A stretch of DNA of 64,000 nt from Spirochaetota bacterium (GCA_963664815.2 CAXXHB010000003.1:3776001-3840000); one strand, 5' to 3'; shown: positions 11,401-20,978, numbered from the stretch's first letter. Translations and numbers: made by a program. The notes: a model not told the origin generated them from the sequence alone.

Positions 11401-11435
11401 TTTATCTCACCATATTTCCCTGAAACAATATCCAT
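8424..11435 (-). CDS. PPDK-related dikinase-like protein: N-terminal helical domain + ATP-grasp nucleotide-binding domain + phospho-His swivel domain, no pyruvate-binding barrel
   Basis: PPDK-like motifs MGGKG, ARSGSVVSMPGILDT, SGVFFTRNPNTG, DIEFAI..YIVQSR, GGVTSHAALVA and EGDYITLDANTG; protein ends about 35 aa after the His domain. Confidence 0.8.
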   Translation of the reverse strand: MDIVSGKYGEIKLVDDVSRLLNGLCREKENRIIKEKLVDIVLFIRYEIKTRGSLKGSRTESLGELEIHVIEFLECYDGSNFEELYSLIYELIRHIPKFNIYGIDITELRDIAHDFEAEYRYDQTFGSIAADIRKLTHQHLSEKVITKIEKFEKFLHSDKTSAMIEGSTVYNVTREEKDDLLEAEVFRDLLTLKNRLKTAWSDRGDNKNNLSRDEFLNVIESNLTGLITDEITALKSYEKSIGSISKTRENVRNQEWTDIALGKLRYNLKKLIEEIAQSKINKKGEILFRLITADSILEQIAFIYYSNIVNIKFRVITDEVYVESLNVLVDLAFCARSVGHGTKILGRFAFLIERLLQQLDKRPDRIAHIPSIVEAMNSELENNFLLIKELYSECLVNRDNAPALTAILNNIIREKTTHLLGNLINSLKNYEARKAAEPFQKVLDTIKAKHELELDDFVYTFGIDSSESREALESPEFMGGKGFSQIRNSRIIQSSQLPKFDVPKGYGFSTLTWHYIKRGDFSLDDLRKKIFGIAENLQRRTGKKLGDPSNLLLLMARSGSVVSMPGILDTISHIGINKSIADKWSKKLKEPARAYQAYITFMLSYAKSVMGLDTERLIRDTGFDSYVTVFKEGMFIMIDVAEAMSDLIREYSSNVRIPDDPHEQLYNSVEAVFRSFESDVVQKQIVHLGIPEQFQTGCLIQECVPVLSVDDCSGVFFTRNPNTGKIGSAYEEQIEFSDGFFGNVIADGAITPGNTEDFIRLHPEHFESFKKFKHYDERIQRYPTDIEFAIREGMTYIVQSRILKQSPIAKIINSYEFYKENIYTKYKLIKRTAFGLNKKIIGTYLDSRLLHDAPVVIQGKPVNGGAVRGKIVKDQNNISKFDGNLIFITESNVPPKVIMAENRFYGYISKEGGVTSHAALVAIGEGKPCVTDVLWENRPDDVIILGSVQLHEGDYITLDANTGRIYIEDIPILEVSVVDHVYKEIKDEILGVIEELVAPVEQR

Positions 11436-11652
11436 ATACTACCCCGCATAATAGCTTCCATGTATTGAAATCATATATTTATCAAGAGTCAATAAAAATT
11501 ACCTGTGATACTGTATTATAACAGGGCTGTCTTTAAAATTATATAAAAAAAGTGAATGCGATAATTCCTGCGGTAAAAAAAATAAATGTTGAAAAATGTT
11601 TATATATTATAATATATATATTGTCTGCTGAATATGTTTAAGAAAGAGAATT

Positions 11653-12813
11653 ATGGATAAGATTAAAATTATTGAATACATACTCAGTCCTTATGAAAAC
11701 CTGGCCAGAAAAAATGAGATTGAGTATATTGAGTTTTTAAACGGTGGTGAAAACAATAAAAGCCTTTTTAAAAAAGCATATAATAATGATTTCCCGTATC
11801 TTGCTTATGAAGTTCTTAACAGCAATCCTGAATTCCAGAACCGTGGTCATGACTCTCCCGTACATCTTGAACTTACTTCAAAATATGAAACCAAGATATT
11901 CTGCCATATATATCCACTCAGGAGAGAAAGTAAAGTTGTTGATTTACTTCTCATTGAAACGAAGGGAGCTATAAGTGAAGAATGTGAAATCAGCATTAAT
12001 TTTATTTCAGCCGTTATTGTAAATTTCTTCAATAATATATTCGTCCTGGATACGACGACAGAAAATGCAGACAAATATAAAAAGGAACTCAGCAATATAA
12101 GAGACATACAGGTCAAACTTTTTCCAAAATTTGACGACATCAAGGAACTTGATATAAGATCTGCTTATCTACCTGCAGAATTTATGTCCGGAACTTTTAT
12201 TGATGGTATATTTCTTGATAAATCAACTTACCAGCTGACGGCATGTGATGTATCAGAATATGGGCAGGTTTCATCATTTATTGGATCTGCGATCAGAACA
12301 ATAATACGTAATGACGCTCAGCAGAAAAAAGTTCCTTCAGTCATGATTAATTCCATAATGAGTAAAATCAAAAACATGATGTCCGGAACATCCGGAAGTA
12401 ATAATATTTTTCTTACAATATATCAGTTAAATATTAAAACCGGCAAGGTTATAATATCGTCCTATGGAAATATAACCACACTCTTTTATACAAAGAAGAG
12501 GAATGGGCTGATTGACCTTGCATCTACAGAGACAGGAAAACTTTTTGCAAACAGAAATTTCATTAAGGATATGTCAATAAACCTGGAACCAGGTGATGCA
12601 CTGCTTTATTATACACGAGGCGTTAAAAAAGCAAAAGCGGAAAACTCTGAAACAGAATACGGACTGGATAATTTAAAAAATGAAATGAAATCGAATATCG
12701 AATCGGGATCGCTTGAGATAGTTCATTCAATTATAGAATCAATATATCAATTTACTGATTATGCACAGATCGATGAAGATATAATTCTTATAGCCATAAA
12801 GAAAAATATTTAA
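11653..12813 (+). CDS. SpoIIE/PP2C-family phosphatase-like protein (degenerate active site)
   Basis: SAYLPAEFMSG, ACDVSEYG, LEPGDALLYYTRGV and DEDIILI follow the RsbU-type PP2C motif order. Confidence 0.75.
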   Translation: MDKIKIIEYILSPYENLARKNEIEYIEFLNGGENNKSLFKKAYNNDFPYLAYEVLNSNPEFQNRGHDSPVHLELTSKYETKIFCHIYPLRRESKVVDLLLIETKGAISEECEISINFISAVIVNFFNNIFVLDTTTENADKYKKELSNIRDIQVKLFPKFDDIKELDIRSAYLPAEFMSGTFIDGIFLDKSTYQLTACDVSEYGQVSSFIGSAIRTIIRNDAQQKKVPSVMINSIMSKIKNMMSGTSGSNNIFLTIYQLNIKTGKVIISSYGNITTLFYTKKRNGLIDLASTETGKLFANRNFIKDMSINLEPGDALLYYTRGVKKAKAENSETEYGLDNLKNEMKSNIESGSLEIVHSIIESIYQFTDYAQIDEDIILIAIKKNI

Positions 12814-12977
12814 AAAACAGCGGCTTTATTTCACCTGCTCATTCAAGGTTTTAAATCCTTCAAATACCGGCATATTTTTTAATAACTCTGTTTTTTATAA
12901 GTTCTATTCTTTAAAGCATTTATAACTGATTTAATACCGTGTTTTTTAGTTTCAGGAAATCAGGAATTATTCTATCA

Positions 12978-14192
12978 TTACAACTTCGAGTATATCTCGA
13001 CCATCCGCTCAACTGCGCCTTCCCAGGTAAACATTTTTTCAACTCTCTCAATTCCCGCGCGTGAAAATCTTTTCTGCAAACCATTGTTATTAAGAAGCAT
13101 ATCAATCGCATCAGCAAGCGCCAGATGATCGCGTGCAGGTACTACAACTCCTGCATCCCCAACAACTTCAGGGAGTGCTCCTCCATTGCTCGATATAACC
13201 GGAACACCGCAGGACATTGCCTCACCTGCCGGAAAACCGAATCCTTCATAGACAGAAGGAACAATTGCCAACGCCGATTGCGAATATAATCTGACTAGCT
13301 CATCAACAGATGCTGTTCCGGCAAAAAATATTTTATCCCTTATTCCAAGTATATCAATTACTCTGTTGGTTACTTTTCTGTGCGGAGCACCACCGTCAAC
13401 AACAACAACCCTTACATCGGACTTCATCACCGCAACGGCTTTAAGAAGATAGATAAATCCTTTCTTTCCGTCCTCGATGTTACCCACGAAAATTATATCC
13501 CTTTTATTCTTCCTGACTTTTACAGGTTTAAAGATCTCTCTGTCAATCCCGTTATATACTACGCTCTGCATTTTTAGCGGAACGCCGAAATCGCGGTTGT
13601 TCATGATCTTTGAATCTTCAGATACTGTAATAATATGATCAAGACGCTTAGAGACAATTGTCTGCATCAGCGTAGGATAAAACATTACCGCACGGAATTT
13701 TCTGTAAAAAGACTCCGATCTCTCCAGAACTGTTCTAAGGTCAACTGAAAGAGGATGATGTATTGTGGCAACAACCGGGATGCCCAGGGATTTCATAAAA
13801 AGAAGCCCGTAATTCAGTGACTGGTTATCATGTATAATATCAAAGTTATACTTCGAATGAAGTTTTCTTAAAAGAAAAAAAGCCCTGTAACCGAACGAAC
13901 TTATCTCAGGGAAAGCGCCAAATCTGCTGTTAAACCACTCATAAGCGTTAATCGGATGGAATATATCAAAAGGGGTTTCTCTGCTGATTATATTTAATCC
14001 CTTTTTAACATAATACTCATTATTCGTGATTACATGAGTGATAACGCCCTTCATAACATCAGGATAAGGAGGTCCCACAACAACATGAACTTCATGCCCC
14101 TGGCGCACCAGTTCTTCTGCCACGTATTTGAGGTATATTCCCTGCCCTCCGGAATAGGGATTACCCCTGTAGCATAAAAGACATATTTTCAA
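12978..14192 (-). CDS. Glycosyltransferase family 4 (GT-B)
   Basis: GGQGIY N-terminal motif; PSVYEGFGFPAGEAMSCGVPVI. Confidence 0.9.
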   Translation of the reverse strand: MKICLLCYRGNPYSGGQGIYLKYVAEELVRQGHEVHVVVGPPYPDVMKGVITHVITNNEYYVKKGLNIISRETPFDIFHPINAYEWFNSRFGAFPEISSFGYRAFFLLRKLHSKYNFDIIHDNQSLNYGLLFMKSLGIPVVATIHHPLSVDLRTVLERSESFYRKFRAVMFYPTLMQTIVSKRLDHIITVSEDSKIMNNRDFGVPLKMQSVVYNGIDREIFKPVKVRKNKRDIIFVGNIEDGKKGFIYLLKAVAVMKSDVRVVVVDGGAPHRKVTNRVIDILGIRDKIFFAGTASVDELVRLYSQSALAIVPSVYEGFGFPAGEAMSCGVPVISSNGGALPEVVGDAGVVVPARDHLALADAIDMLLNNNGLQKRFSRAGIERVEKMFTWEGAVERMVEIYSKL

Positions 14193-14194
14193 AA

Positions 14195-14836
14195 TCAGTT
14201 ACCGCCAGTCATATTGAGTCTTTTATACAGATCACCCATGGTGATAATCTTTTCAGGATCCAGTTTCTTCACAATTTTTGCAGGGTTACCTATCACTACA
14301 ACATTCGGGGGAATATCTCTTCGAACTACTGATCCTGCTCCAACTATTGAATTCTCACCTATGTGCACCCCCTTGCATATAATTGCAGAATCACCGATCC
14401 ACACTCCCTTTTCAAGTACAACAGCTGCATTTTTCCCGGGGGATGCTGTCCTGTCATTTATATCATGCCAGTCAGCATCCATGATATAGCAGTAGTTAGC
14501 AAGCATACAGTCATCACTGATGACTATTTCATTGGCACTGCTTATCCGGACACCGTTCATTATCAGCACATTATCACCGATTCGAATATGCCCCTCATGA
14601 CCGCCATAACAGATTGAAGTAAAGTTCGTCTTATATCCGTTGGCTCCGACTATAGTTACGTTTTTCCCAAGATGTATATTGGGTCCGTAAACAATAACAT
14701 TCCAGATGCCCCAGACCATCGGTCTTCCGGCGATTGACGCAAATTTCCTGCTGAATGAATACTTATAAATAAGCTCACTTTTTATCATAAACCATAATCT
14801 GGTAAAATATGATGCTTTATCATTTTCATTAAACAT
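14195..14836 (-). CDS. Hexapeptide-repeat acyl/acetyltransferase
   Basis: Left-handed beta-helix repeats, DADWH, VWIG and IGENSIVGAGSVV..GNPAKIV. Confidence 0.85.
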   Translation of the reverse strand: MFNENDKASYFTRLWFMIKSELIYKYSFSRKFASIAGRPMVWGIWNVIVYGPNIHLGKNVTIVGANGYKTNFTSICYGGHEGHIRIGDNVLIMNGVRISSANEIVISDDCMLANYCYIMDADWHDINDRTASPGKNAAVVLEKGVWIGDSAIICKGVHIGENSIVGAGSVVRRDIPPNVVVIGNPAKIVKKLDPEKIITMGDLYKRLNMTGGN

Positions 14837-15029
14837 TTTTTTCTCTGCAAATTCATTTTACATTTTTTATAATAGACAAATGCATTGAAATATTCTTTTA
14901 TTAAAATGTAAACAATTTTTACTGATGTCATACGATCATTATAATTAAGCTATTTTAATAAATTTTACCCATTCCATAAGATCAGCGAATTGTGTTCTAG
15001 GTAAACATAAAAAACATAATGGATGTAAT

Positions 15030-15779
15030 ATGAAACTCATTCTTTTAATAATTTTATTCTTTATAGCTGGCACAGGCATTTTTCAACCTGTGTCCACACA
15101 ACCCGAATGCCTGATGATTGAAGATTTCCAGAAATATAACGGCAAACCATTCCCTGATTGGAGCTTCCGCGAGGATTACAGCGAAGCTTCAGCTATCTAT
15201 TCAATCATAGAGGAGAACGGCAAAAAATTTTTACGGGGATCAACTGTTCATGCAAATTATCTGGTGCAACTTGCCAAGCAGGTCAACCAGCATGATGAAA
15301 CAAACCCGAATAGCATCTGCTGGGATATACATTCATTTCCATGTATCAGCTGGGAATGGCGAGTGAACATCATTCCTGATGGCGGGAATGAGAATGACGA
15401 GAGAACCAACGATTCAGCAGCCTCAATTTATGTAGTTTTTCAGAAAAGGAAAGGCGCATTCGGCGGCTGGAAATATCAGCCGGCTAACTGGCTCAAATAT
15501 GTCTGGAGTTCAACGCTGCCGGTCGGCACAGTAATTTCACGGAAATTTTCGAAATTCGGTATATCCCTCTATGATGGCAGGTATATTGTTGTCGCTTCAG
15601 GGAATAAAAACCTTGGTAAATGGATTACTTTCAGAAGGAATGTTTTGGCTGATTATGAAGCTTATTTCGGAGAAAAGCCAAGGTTTAACCCGATAGTCGT
15701 TGGAATCCTTACAGATTCAAACAGTACGGGGACCAAGGCAGAGTCTGATTATGACAACATTACCGCATCTGCTCTCTAG
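15030..15779 (+). CDS. DUF3047 domain secreted protein
   Basis: ISWEWRV, NDSAASIYVVF, LKYVWSS..PVGT and RNVLADY...TDSNST are typical of DUF3047. Confidence 0.75.
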   Translation: MKLILLIILFFIAGTGIFQPVSTQPECLMIEDFQKYNGKPFPDWSFREDYSEASAIYSIIEENGKKFLRGSTVHANYLVQLAKQVNQHDETNPNSICWDIHSFPCISWEWRVNIIPDGGNENDERTNDSAASIYVVFQKRKGAFGGWKYQPANWLKYVWSSTLPVGTVISRKFSKFGISLYDGRYIVVASGNKNLGKWITFRRNVLADYEAYFGEKPRFNPIVVGILTDSNSTGTKAESDYDNITASAL

Positions 15780-16432
15780 GGGATAACTATTTTCTCTCCT
15801 AAAAATTTCGGTTGTTCCATTATAATTTTGACGTCTATAAACGCCTTTAACCTTGCAAAAACCTCCCTTAGTCTTACTATTACATCTGAAGGTTCTTCAT
15901 TGTCCTGCGCATTGAATCCTGTAACTTCAATACCATGCACCCTGCCGATATACACAGCCCTTTCATTGTGGAACCTCTGGGAAATAACCGTAACAGACTC
16001 CTGCCCGAATATTTCTCTTGCCCTGACTATAGAATCAAGCGTTCTGAAGCCTGCGTAATCGAGATAAATACTCTCCACAGCCACTCCTCTTTCCTTTAAT
16101 CCGGACATCATGGCGCGAGGCTCATTATAGCTCAATTCACTATTATCTCCACTTGCTATAATATATTTAATCTTTCCGGCATGATAAAGCATTGCAGCTG
16201 CATCAAGCCTTCCGCTGAAATAGGGATTTATTCCGCCACTTACTTTATACTTGCTTGTCCCGAGGAGAAGACCGCATTTATTATCGGGAAGCTTGTTCCA
16301 CTCGTCATAAACATATGGCATTGAAAACGAACTTATATACCTGTCTATCATCATAACAGAGATTATGAATAAAACGGACAGGGAAACTAAAATCACCAGT
16401 ATTTTGTATCTTCTCTTCATGTTAAAGATCAC
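15776..16432 (-). CDS. sanA: SanA/YdcF (DUF218) family protein
   Basis: SGDN, YNEP, LDYAGFRTLDSIVRA, SQRFHNERA and REVFAR...PKFLG. Confidence 0.85.
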   Translation of the reverse strand: MIFNMKRRYKILVILVSLSVLFIISVMMIDRYISSFSMPYVYDEWNKLPDNKCGLLLGTSKYKVSGGINPYFSGRLDAAAMLYHAGKIKYIIASGDNSELSYNEPRAMMSGLKERGVAVESIYLDYAGFRTLDSIVRAREIFGQESVTVISQRFHNERAVYIGRVHGIEVTGFNAQDNEEPSDVIVRLREVFARLKAFIDVKIIMEQPKFLGEKIVIP

Positions 16433-17816
16433 CGACTTTACTTTTCAAAATTTTAATCTGGCTCATTATCTCCGTTTTCGACGTGCTCCCTGCCGAAAGT
16501 TTTCTCTCTGCAGCATCAGCCGGATCGAGTATCCGGATTATTTCATCATCAAATACCGGTGAAAATTTCTTCAGTTCATCAAGCGTAAGTTTGAAGAAAT
16601 TTTTATTCTCTGTTTCACAGTACCTTACAATATTGCCGGATATTTCGTGACACTCCCGGAAGGGGAGACCTTTTTTAACAAGATAATCGGCAAGATCGGT
16701 AGCCGTGGAATAATTGCTGTAAACTCCCTGCCTCATACGCTCGCTGTTTACCGTAATTCCGCTGATCATCTCTGTCATCCCCTCAAGTGCAAGAGAAATT
16801 GTATCTATGGAATCGAATAAAGGTTCTTTATCCTCCTGCATATCCCTGTTGTATGTCATAGGAAGTCCCTTAAGTATTGTCAGAAGAGAAAAGAGATTGC
16901 CATACACTCTCCCAGTCTTCCCCCTTATTAATTCAGCTACATCCGGATTTCTTTTTTGCGGCATAATCGAAGAACCAGTTGTTACAGAATCGGAAAGCTT
17001 TATAAAATTAAACTCTGAGGTTGACCATAAAATGAGTTCCTCACAGAAACGGGAGAGGTGCATTCCAAGCACTGACGCGAAATACAGAAAGTCGAGTGCG
17101 AAGTCTCTGTCGCTGACCGCATCCATGGAGTTAAAATTTATCTCATTGAAGCCAAGCTCCTTTCTTAAAAACTCCCTGTCATTTTTATAGTTGACACCTG
17201 CGAGTGCACCGCTTCCGAGCGGCAGACTTTTACATGCTTCAACGGCATTTTCAAGTCTCCTCCTGTCGCGTACAAGCTGCCAGGCGTATACAAGCATATG
17301 ATGGCTGAACCTGACAGGCTGGGCTACCTGCATATGAGTATAGCCCGGCATCAATACATCAATATGCTTCTCTGCAGTTTCAATCAGGAGTAAAATAAAC
17401 CTGTTGATGAAAAACCGTATCTGCTCAGATTCGTCAATGATAAACATTCTTACATCAACTGCAACCTGGTCATTTCTCGAACGTCCGGTATGGAGTTTCT
17501 TCCCGGCTTCTCCAATTCTTTCAGTGAGAGCGGCCTCAATATTCATATGAATATCCTCGCGCGATGCAGAAAATTCAAAAATCCCACTTTCAATTTCAGA
17601 CTTTATCTTCTCGAGCCCAGTGATAATATCATCAAGTTCTTTCTCACTGAGTATATTCATGCTGCGAAGCATCTTAGCGTGGGCAATTGAGCCTCTTATA
17701 TCCTGTCTGTAAAGTCTTGAATCGAAATGTATAGATTTTGAAATTCTTTCAGTTATATCTGATGAACCACCGGAGAACCGACCTCCCCAGAGTTTTTTTT
17801 CCTTTTTTTCATCCAT
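16422..17816 (-). CDS. argH: Argininosuccinate lyase
   Basis: LWGGRF, LHTGRSRNDQ, GSSIMPQKRNPD and YNRDMQEDKE. Confidence 0.97.
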   Translation of the reverse strand: MDEKKEKKLWGGRFSGGSSDITERISKSIHFDSRLYRQDIRGSIAHAKMLRSMNILSEKELDDIITGLEKIKSEIESGIFEFSASREDIHMNIEAALTERIGEAGKKLHTGRSRNDQVAVDVRMFIIDESEQIRFFINRFILLLIETAEKHIDVLMPGYTHMQVAQPVRFSHHMLVYAWQLVRDRRRLENAVEACKSLPLGSGALAGVNYKNDREFLRKELGFNEINFNSMDAVSDRDFALDFLYFASVLGMHLSRFCEELILWSTSEFNFIKLSDSVTTGSSIMPQKRNPDVAELIRGKTGRVYGNLFSLLTILKGLPMTYNRDMQEDKEPLFDSIDTISLALEGMTEMISGITVNSERMRQGVYSNYSTATDLADYLVKKGLPFRECHEISGNIVRYCETENKNFFKLTLDELKKFSPVFDDEIIRILDPADAAERKLSAGSTSKTEIMSQIKILKSKVGDL

Positions 17817-17941
17817 TGTTGTATCCTGTAAAAATAATATCCACTTCCTGTTATATAGCTGCTACTTCAATTTATACTAAATGGAATATAGAAAACTGTG
17901 TCAACAAAATTAAGGCGAACTTTAAATATCATTTCTATTGT

Positions 17942-18044
17942 TCACGTCCGGCCTTTGGCTTTTTTATTCGCTCCATTCGGTATTTCCATCAATGGATTAG
18001 GAACTACAACCTCTTCAAAACCAATTTACCACTGATTTATTCAT
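17942..18044 (-). pseudogene. Possible frameshifted remnant of a VOC-family gene N-terminus
   Basis: GGAGGG RBS, then MNKSVVNWF-stop; a 1-nt shift continues E...EIP, recalling the NWFEIP start of VOC proteins. Confidence 0.2.
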
Positions 18045-18235
18045 ATAGTTTACACCCTCCGGCAATAGTTATTCATCTAAGTTTTCCTGGTTATAAAATA
18101 ACCATTCATATCATAATGCAGAAAGTTGCTTGATTTTGCATACAGATGATGATTTAATGTCTTGTGGATGCTGTATATCCGGATAGACTCCAATCGCAGC
18201 TTTCATAAATAACAGCAAAAGGATATCTAACTGAA

Positions 18236-18724
18236 ATGAAAAAAAACATACATGTATTACTCCTGGTTACAGCTGCAACAATGATGATTATATCCTGCAG
18301 TTCCGGATCTGTAAACATTGATGATGCAAAACATGATGAGATAAATGCTGATGATTCCGTATATGATTATAACACATTACTGAAAGCTCAAACCAGGTTA
18401 TTAAAAGATTTTTCATGGCCCCGGATGTACGAACTGGATCTGAATGATGACGGAACAGCGGAAAAATTTTTAGCTATTGAAGGTTATTCCCGCGGAATGG
18501 ATTACGCACTTTTCAGTAAAAAAAATAAAAAATGGATAATGATTCCATGCAATGCACCTGTCCCTTCTGGTCATCTGGGAATTGAAAAATTAGATAATAA
18601 GAACCAGGGTTGGCATGATTTTGTTGCATATCAACCATCTGGTCGAGAAGGTATTCTTGAAAGCTATTATTCATGGAACGGGAAACAGTATATATTAAAA
18701 GAACAGAAAGAGGTTAATAACTGA
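18236..18724 (+). CDS. Hypothetical lipoprotein
   Basis: Signal peptide with IISC lipobox; DLNDDG Ca-binding-like motif. Confidence 0.7.
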   Translation: MKKNIHVLLLVTAATMMIISCSSGSVNIDDAKHDEINADDSVYDYNTLLKAQTRLLKDFSWPRMYELDLNDDGTAEKFLAIEGYSRGMDYALFSKKNKKWIMIPCNAPVPSGHLGIEKLDNKNQGWHDFVAYQPSGREGILESYYSWNGKQYILKEQKEVNN

Positions 18725-18805
18725 ACATTACCAAATTTATTATCAATTATTAATTCCTCTGATTATTCAGGGATTATTTTTTAAAAAGCTAATAAAAATC
18801 GTTTC

Positions 18806-18970
18806 TTACTTTATTCCGCCGACCAGAAGGAAAGTAAGAATAATAAGCACACCGGATGTTGTTGCGACTAATATTGAAGGGAAAAGTATCCATTTATTTT
18901 TAAATCTTATACCTGGGAATATTCCGATGCAACCCGCAAGGAAAATAATAATGAATAGACCAAGATTCAT
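18806..18970 (-). CDS. Small two-TM membrane protein (54 aa, absent from the ORF track)
   Basis: MNLGLFIIIFLAGCIGIFPGIRFKNKWILFPSILVATTSGVLIILTFLLVGGIK; AGGCGGTGG purine-rich RBS. Confidence 0.55.
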   Translation of the reverse strand: MNLGLFIIIFLAGCIGIFPGIRFKNKWILFPSILVATTSGVLIILTFLLVGGIK

Positions 18971-19273
18971 GTTTCCACCGCCTGTGATATTAATACTGAT
19001 TGATTTTGATAATTTTAATAGTAATACCTTCAGAGGAAAAGCGTTAAATTTACAGTTTTAAATATTTCCTCAAAAATAAAGCAAAAAGACTATTGCCGGG
19101 ATTAAGTGAAAAATGTAACCTGTAATTTAATCAAACCTTTTACATTAATGGAGTTTAAAACTATTCCGTGAAAAGTCTTTCAATAAGAGTATAAGCTAAT
19201 ATTTTGCTTAATATTAAAAATCGTTTCACCCGAATGTAAAAAATTACGGAAAAAACTATATAAGGAGTTTAGA

Positions 19274-19786
19274 ATGAAACAATATAAATCTACCTTCATC
19301 TGTCTGCTTATTACTTCGCTTATCATCGGCGCAGTAACAGTTCTTCAAAGTAAACCGGTACAGATAAAATCCCTGCAACCGATACCCCTTGAAATAAAAG
19401 GTAAAATTATCTATATCCGTAAAAACATGTCAATTTCAGAGGTTAAGGCTGCTCTATCGGCATTAATATCGGATGAAGCATCAGTGGATTCAATTGAACG
19501 GCTTCAGTATGATATACAGCTTGTACCAGATGAGGGACCTGTCACAATAGCATTTGATTTTAACAAGAGGGGAATGCTCAGCGGAGTTGTAATTGATTCA
19601 CAATTAAAAGAACAGAACCCTCCGGTAACTGCTCTTCTTATATGGCTGAATAAAAATGCCGGCAAACCAGTTGTCAGGAAAAAAGGATCAATTATCTGGA
19701 ACTTCGAAGGGTGGAGAATTGAACACATTGATAGAGGTTCTGGAGAAGATTCTGTCTACAGAATTGATTTTACTGCCCTGAAATAA
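19274..19786 (+). CDS. Secreted hypothetical protein
   Basis: TAAGGAG RBS, signal peptide, 170 aa. Confidence 0.7.
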   Translation: MKQYKSTFICLLITSLIIGAVTVLQSKPVQIKSLQPIPLEIKGKIIYIRKNMSISEVKAALSALISDEASVDSIERLQYDIQLVPDEGPVTIAFDFNKRGMLSGVVIDSQLKEQNPPVTALLIWLNKNAGKPVVRKKGSIIWNFEGWRIEHIDRGSGEDSVYRIDFTALK

Positions 19787-19947
19787 ATTTATAAAAGAAT
19801 TATCTGAATTCAAATTGAATTTATTAAAACATCAGGATCGTAACTGAAATAGCCGGCTGTCTCTGGTTACTTTATATCCATTATTATTAATGTCCATGGT
19901 TTTTTAATCGTTTGGAAGGCGTTAAATGATATTTCTTCAGTTTTCCC

Positions 19948-19964
19948 AAGGGGTAAAACCCCTT
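19948..19964. terminator. Hairpin between convergent genes
   Basis: AAGGGGT-AAA-ACCCCTT with T/A-rich flanks. Confidence 0.45.
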
Positions 19965-19982
19965 TGAAAAACAACGTATATG

Positions 19983-20978
19983 TTAATGTACAATTTTCTC
20001 AAGAAGAAGATCTATATACAGCTCCAGATTCTCCATGCTCTCAACTATTTCGTATTCAAGAATATCAGCAAGACTTATCATATCATTATTCTCCATAACA
20101 TCAACAGTCTCATTCAGCAATATCTGCAGCTCACGGTTTTTTTCTTCAAGTGATTCGTCACCAAGAATAATGTCAGCAAGCGATATGTCAAAAACCGGAG
20201 ATATCTGGTAGCATGTCCTGGTATAATTAAACATAAAATCTATAAAATTAAAAAGCTGCTCCATTCCCTGATTATCATTACCGGACTGGTACGATATAGC
20301 GGCTTTTTCAAGAACCGTTTTCTGTTCAGGAAGGCGTTCTTTGATTTCCTTAAGCGAATTGATGAGAACATCGGGAGAGTCGATGCTTTCAATTATAAGT
20401 CTCTTCATCTCATCACTAACAAGAAAGATGTGAAATATTTCCCTTAGATTAATAAACAATGAGTCTTCAATATCTATTTCACCGTCTTCTTTCATTTCTG
20501 CAATAAATTTCACAACCCTGTGCCTTAATTCATCAAGCATTTTAACATAATTGTCAATGGTTGAATCGCGGTATTTTGTCTTTTCCAGATCCATCCCCAA
20601 AAGGCCGGAAATAGTAGGGAAAACCTCCTGAAGCCACTCAACACCGGAGATAAGATCTTCAAGTTCTTCGGTATCCATGGGCTCGTCTTCCAGCTGTTGA
20701 AGAAAATCTATAACTCTGTCACAGTAGAAAATTCCCTCATTAACTGTTTCATAAACTACATCAGCTCTCGACTGCACCAGGCAATTTATTGAACCGATAT
20801 TCTCAATAAGAGAGTCCGGCGCATCTTCAATATGATATTCTGTACCATCAATATCTATTCCTGAAAAAATCAGGTTTTTCTGATTAATCCATCCTGTAAT
20901 TGAATTGATTACATCATTTATAGTCTTTTCATTCTCGAGAACTATCTCGACGGGATAATTGTTTATCCTGATTTCCAT
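19983..20978 (-). CDS. Acidic helical flagellar-locus protein downstream of fliD
   Basis: 331 aa, 21 bp after fliD, GGAGGG RBS; C-terminal DMISLADILEYEI motif. Confidence 0.75.
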   Translation of the reverse strand: MEIRINNYPVEIVLENEKTINDVINSITGWINQKNLIFSGIDIDGTEYHIEDAPDSLIENIGSINCLVQSRADVVYETVNEGIFYCDRVIDFLQQLEDEPMDTEELEDLISGVEWLQEVFPTISGLLGMDLEKTKYRDSTIDNYVKMLDELRHRVVKFIAEMKEDGEIDIEDSLFINLREIFHIFLVSDEMKRLIIESIDSPDVLINSLKEIKERLPEQKTVLEKAAISYQSGNDNQGMEQLFNFIDFMFNYTRTCYQISPVFDISLADIILGDESLEEKNRELQILLNETVDVMENNDMISLADILEYEIVESMENLELYIDLLLEKIVH

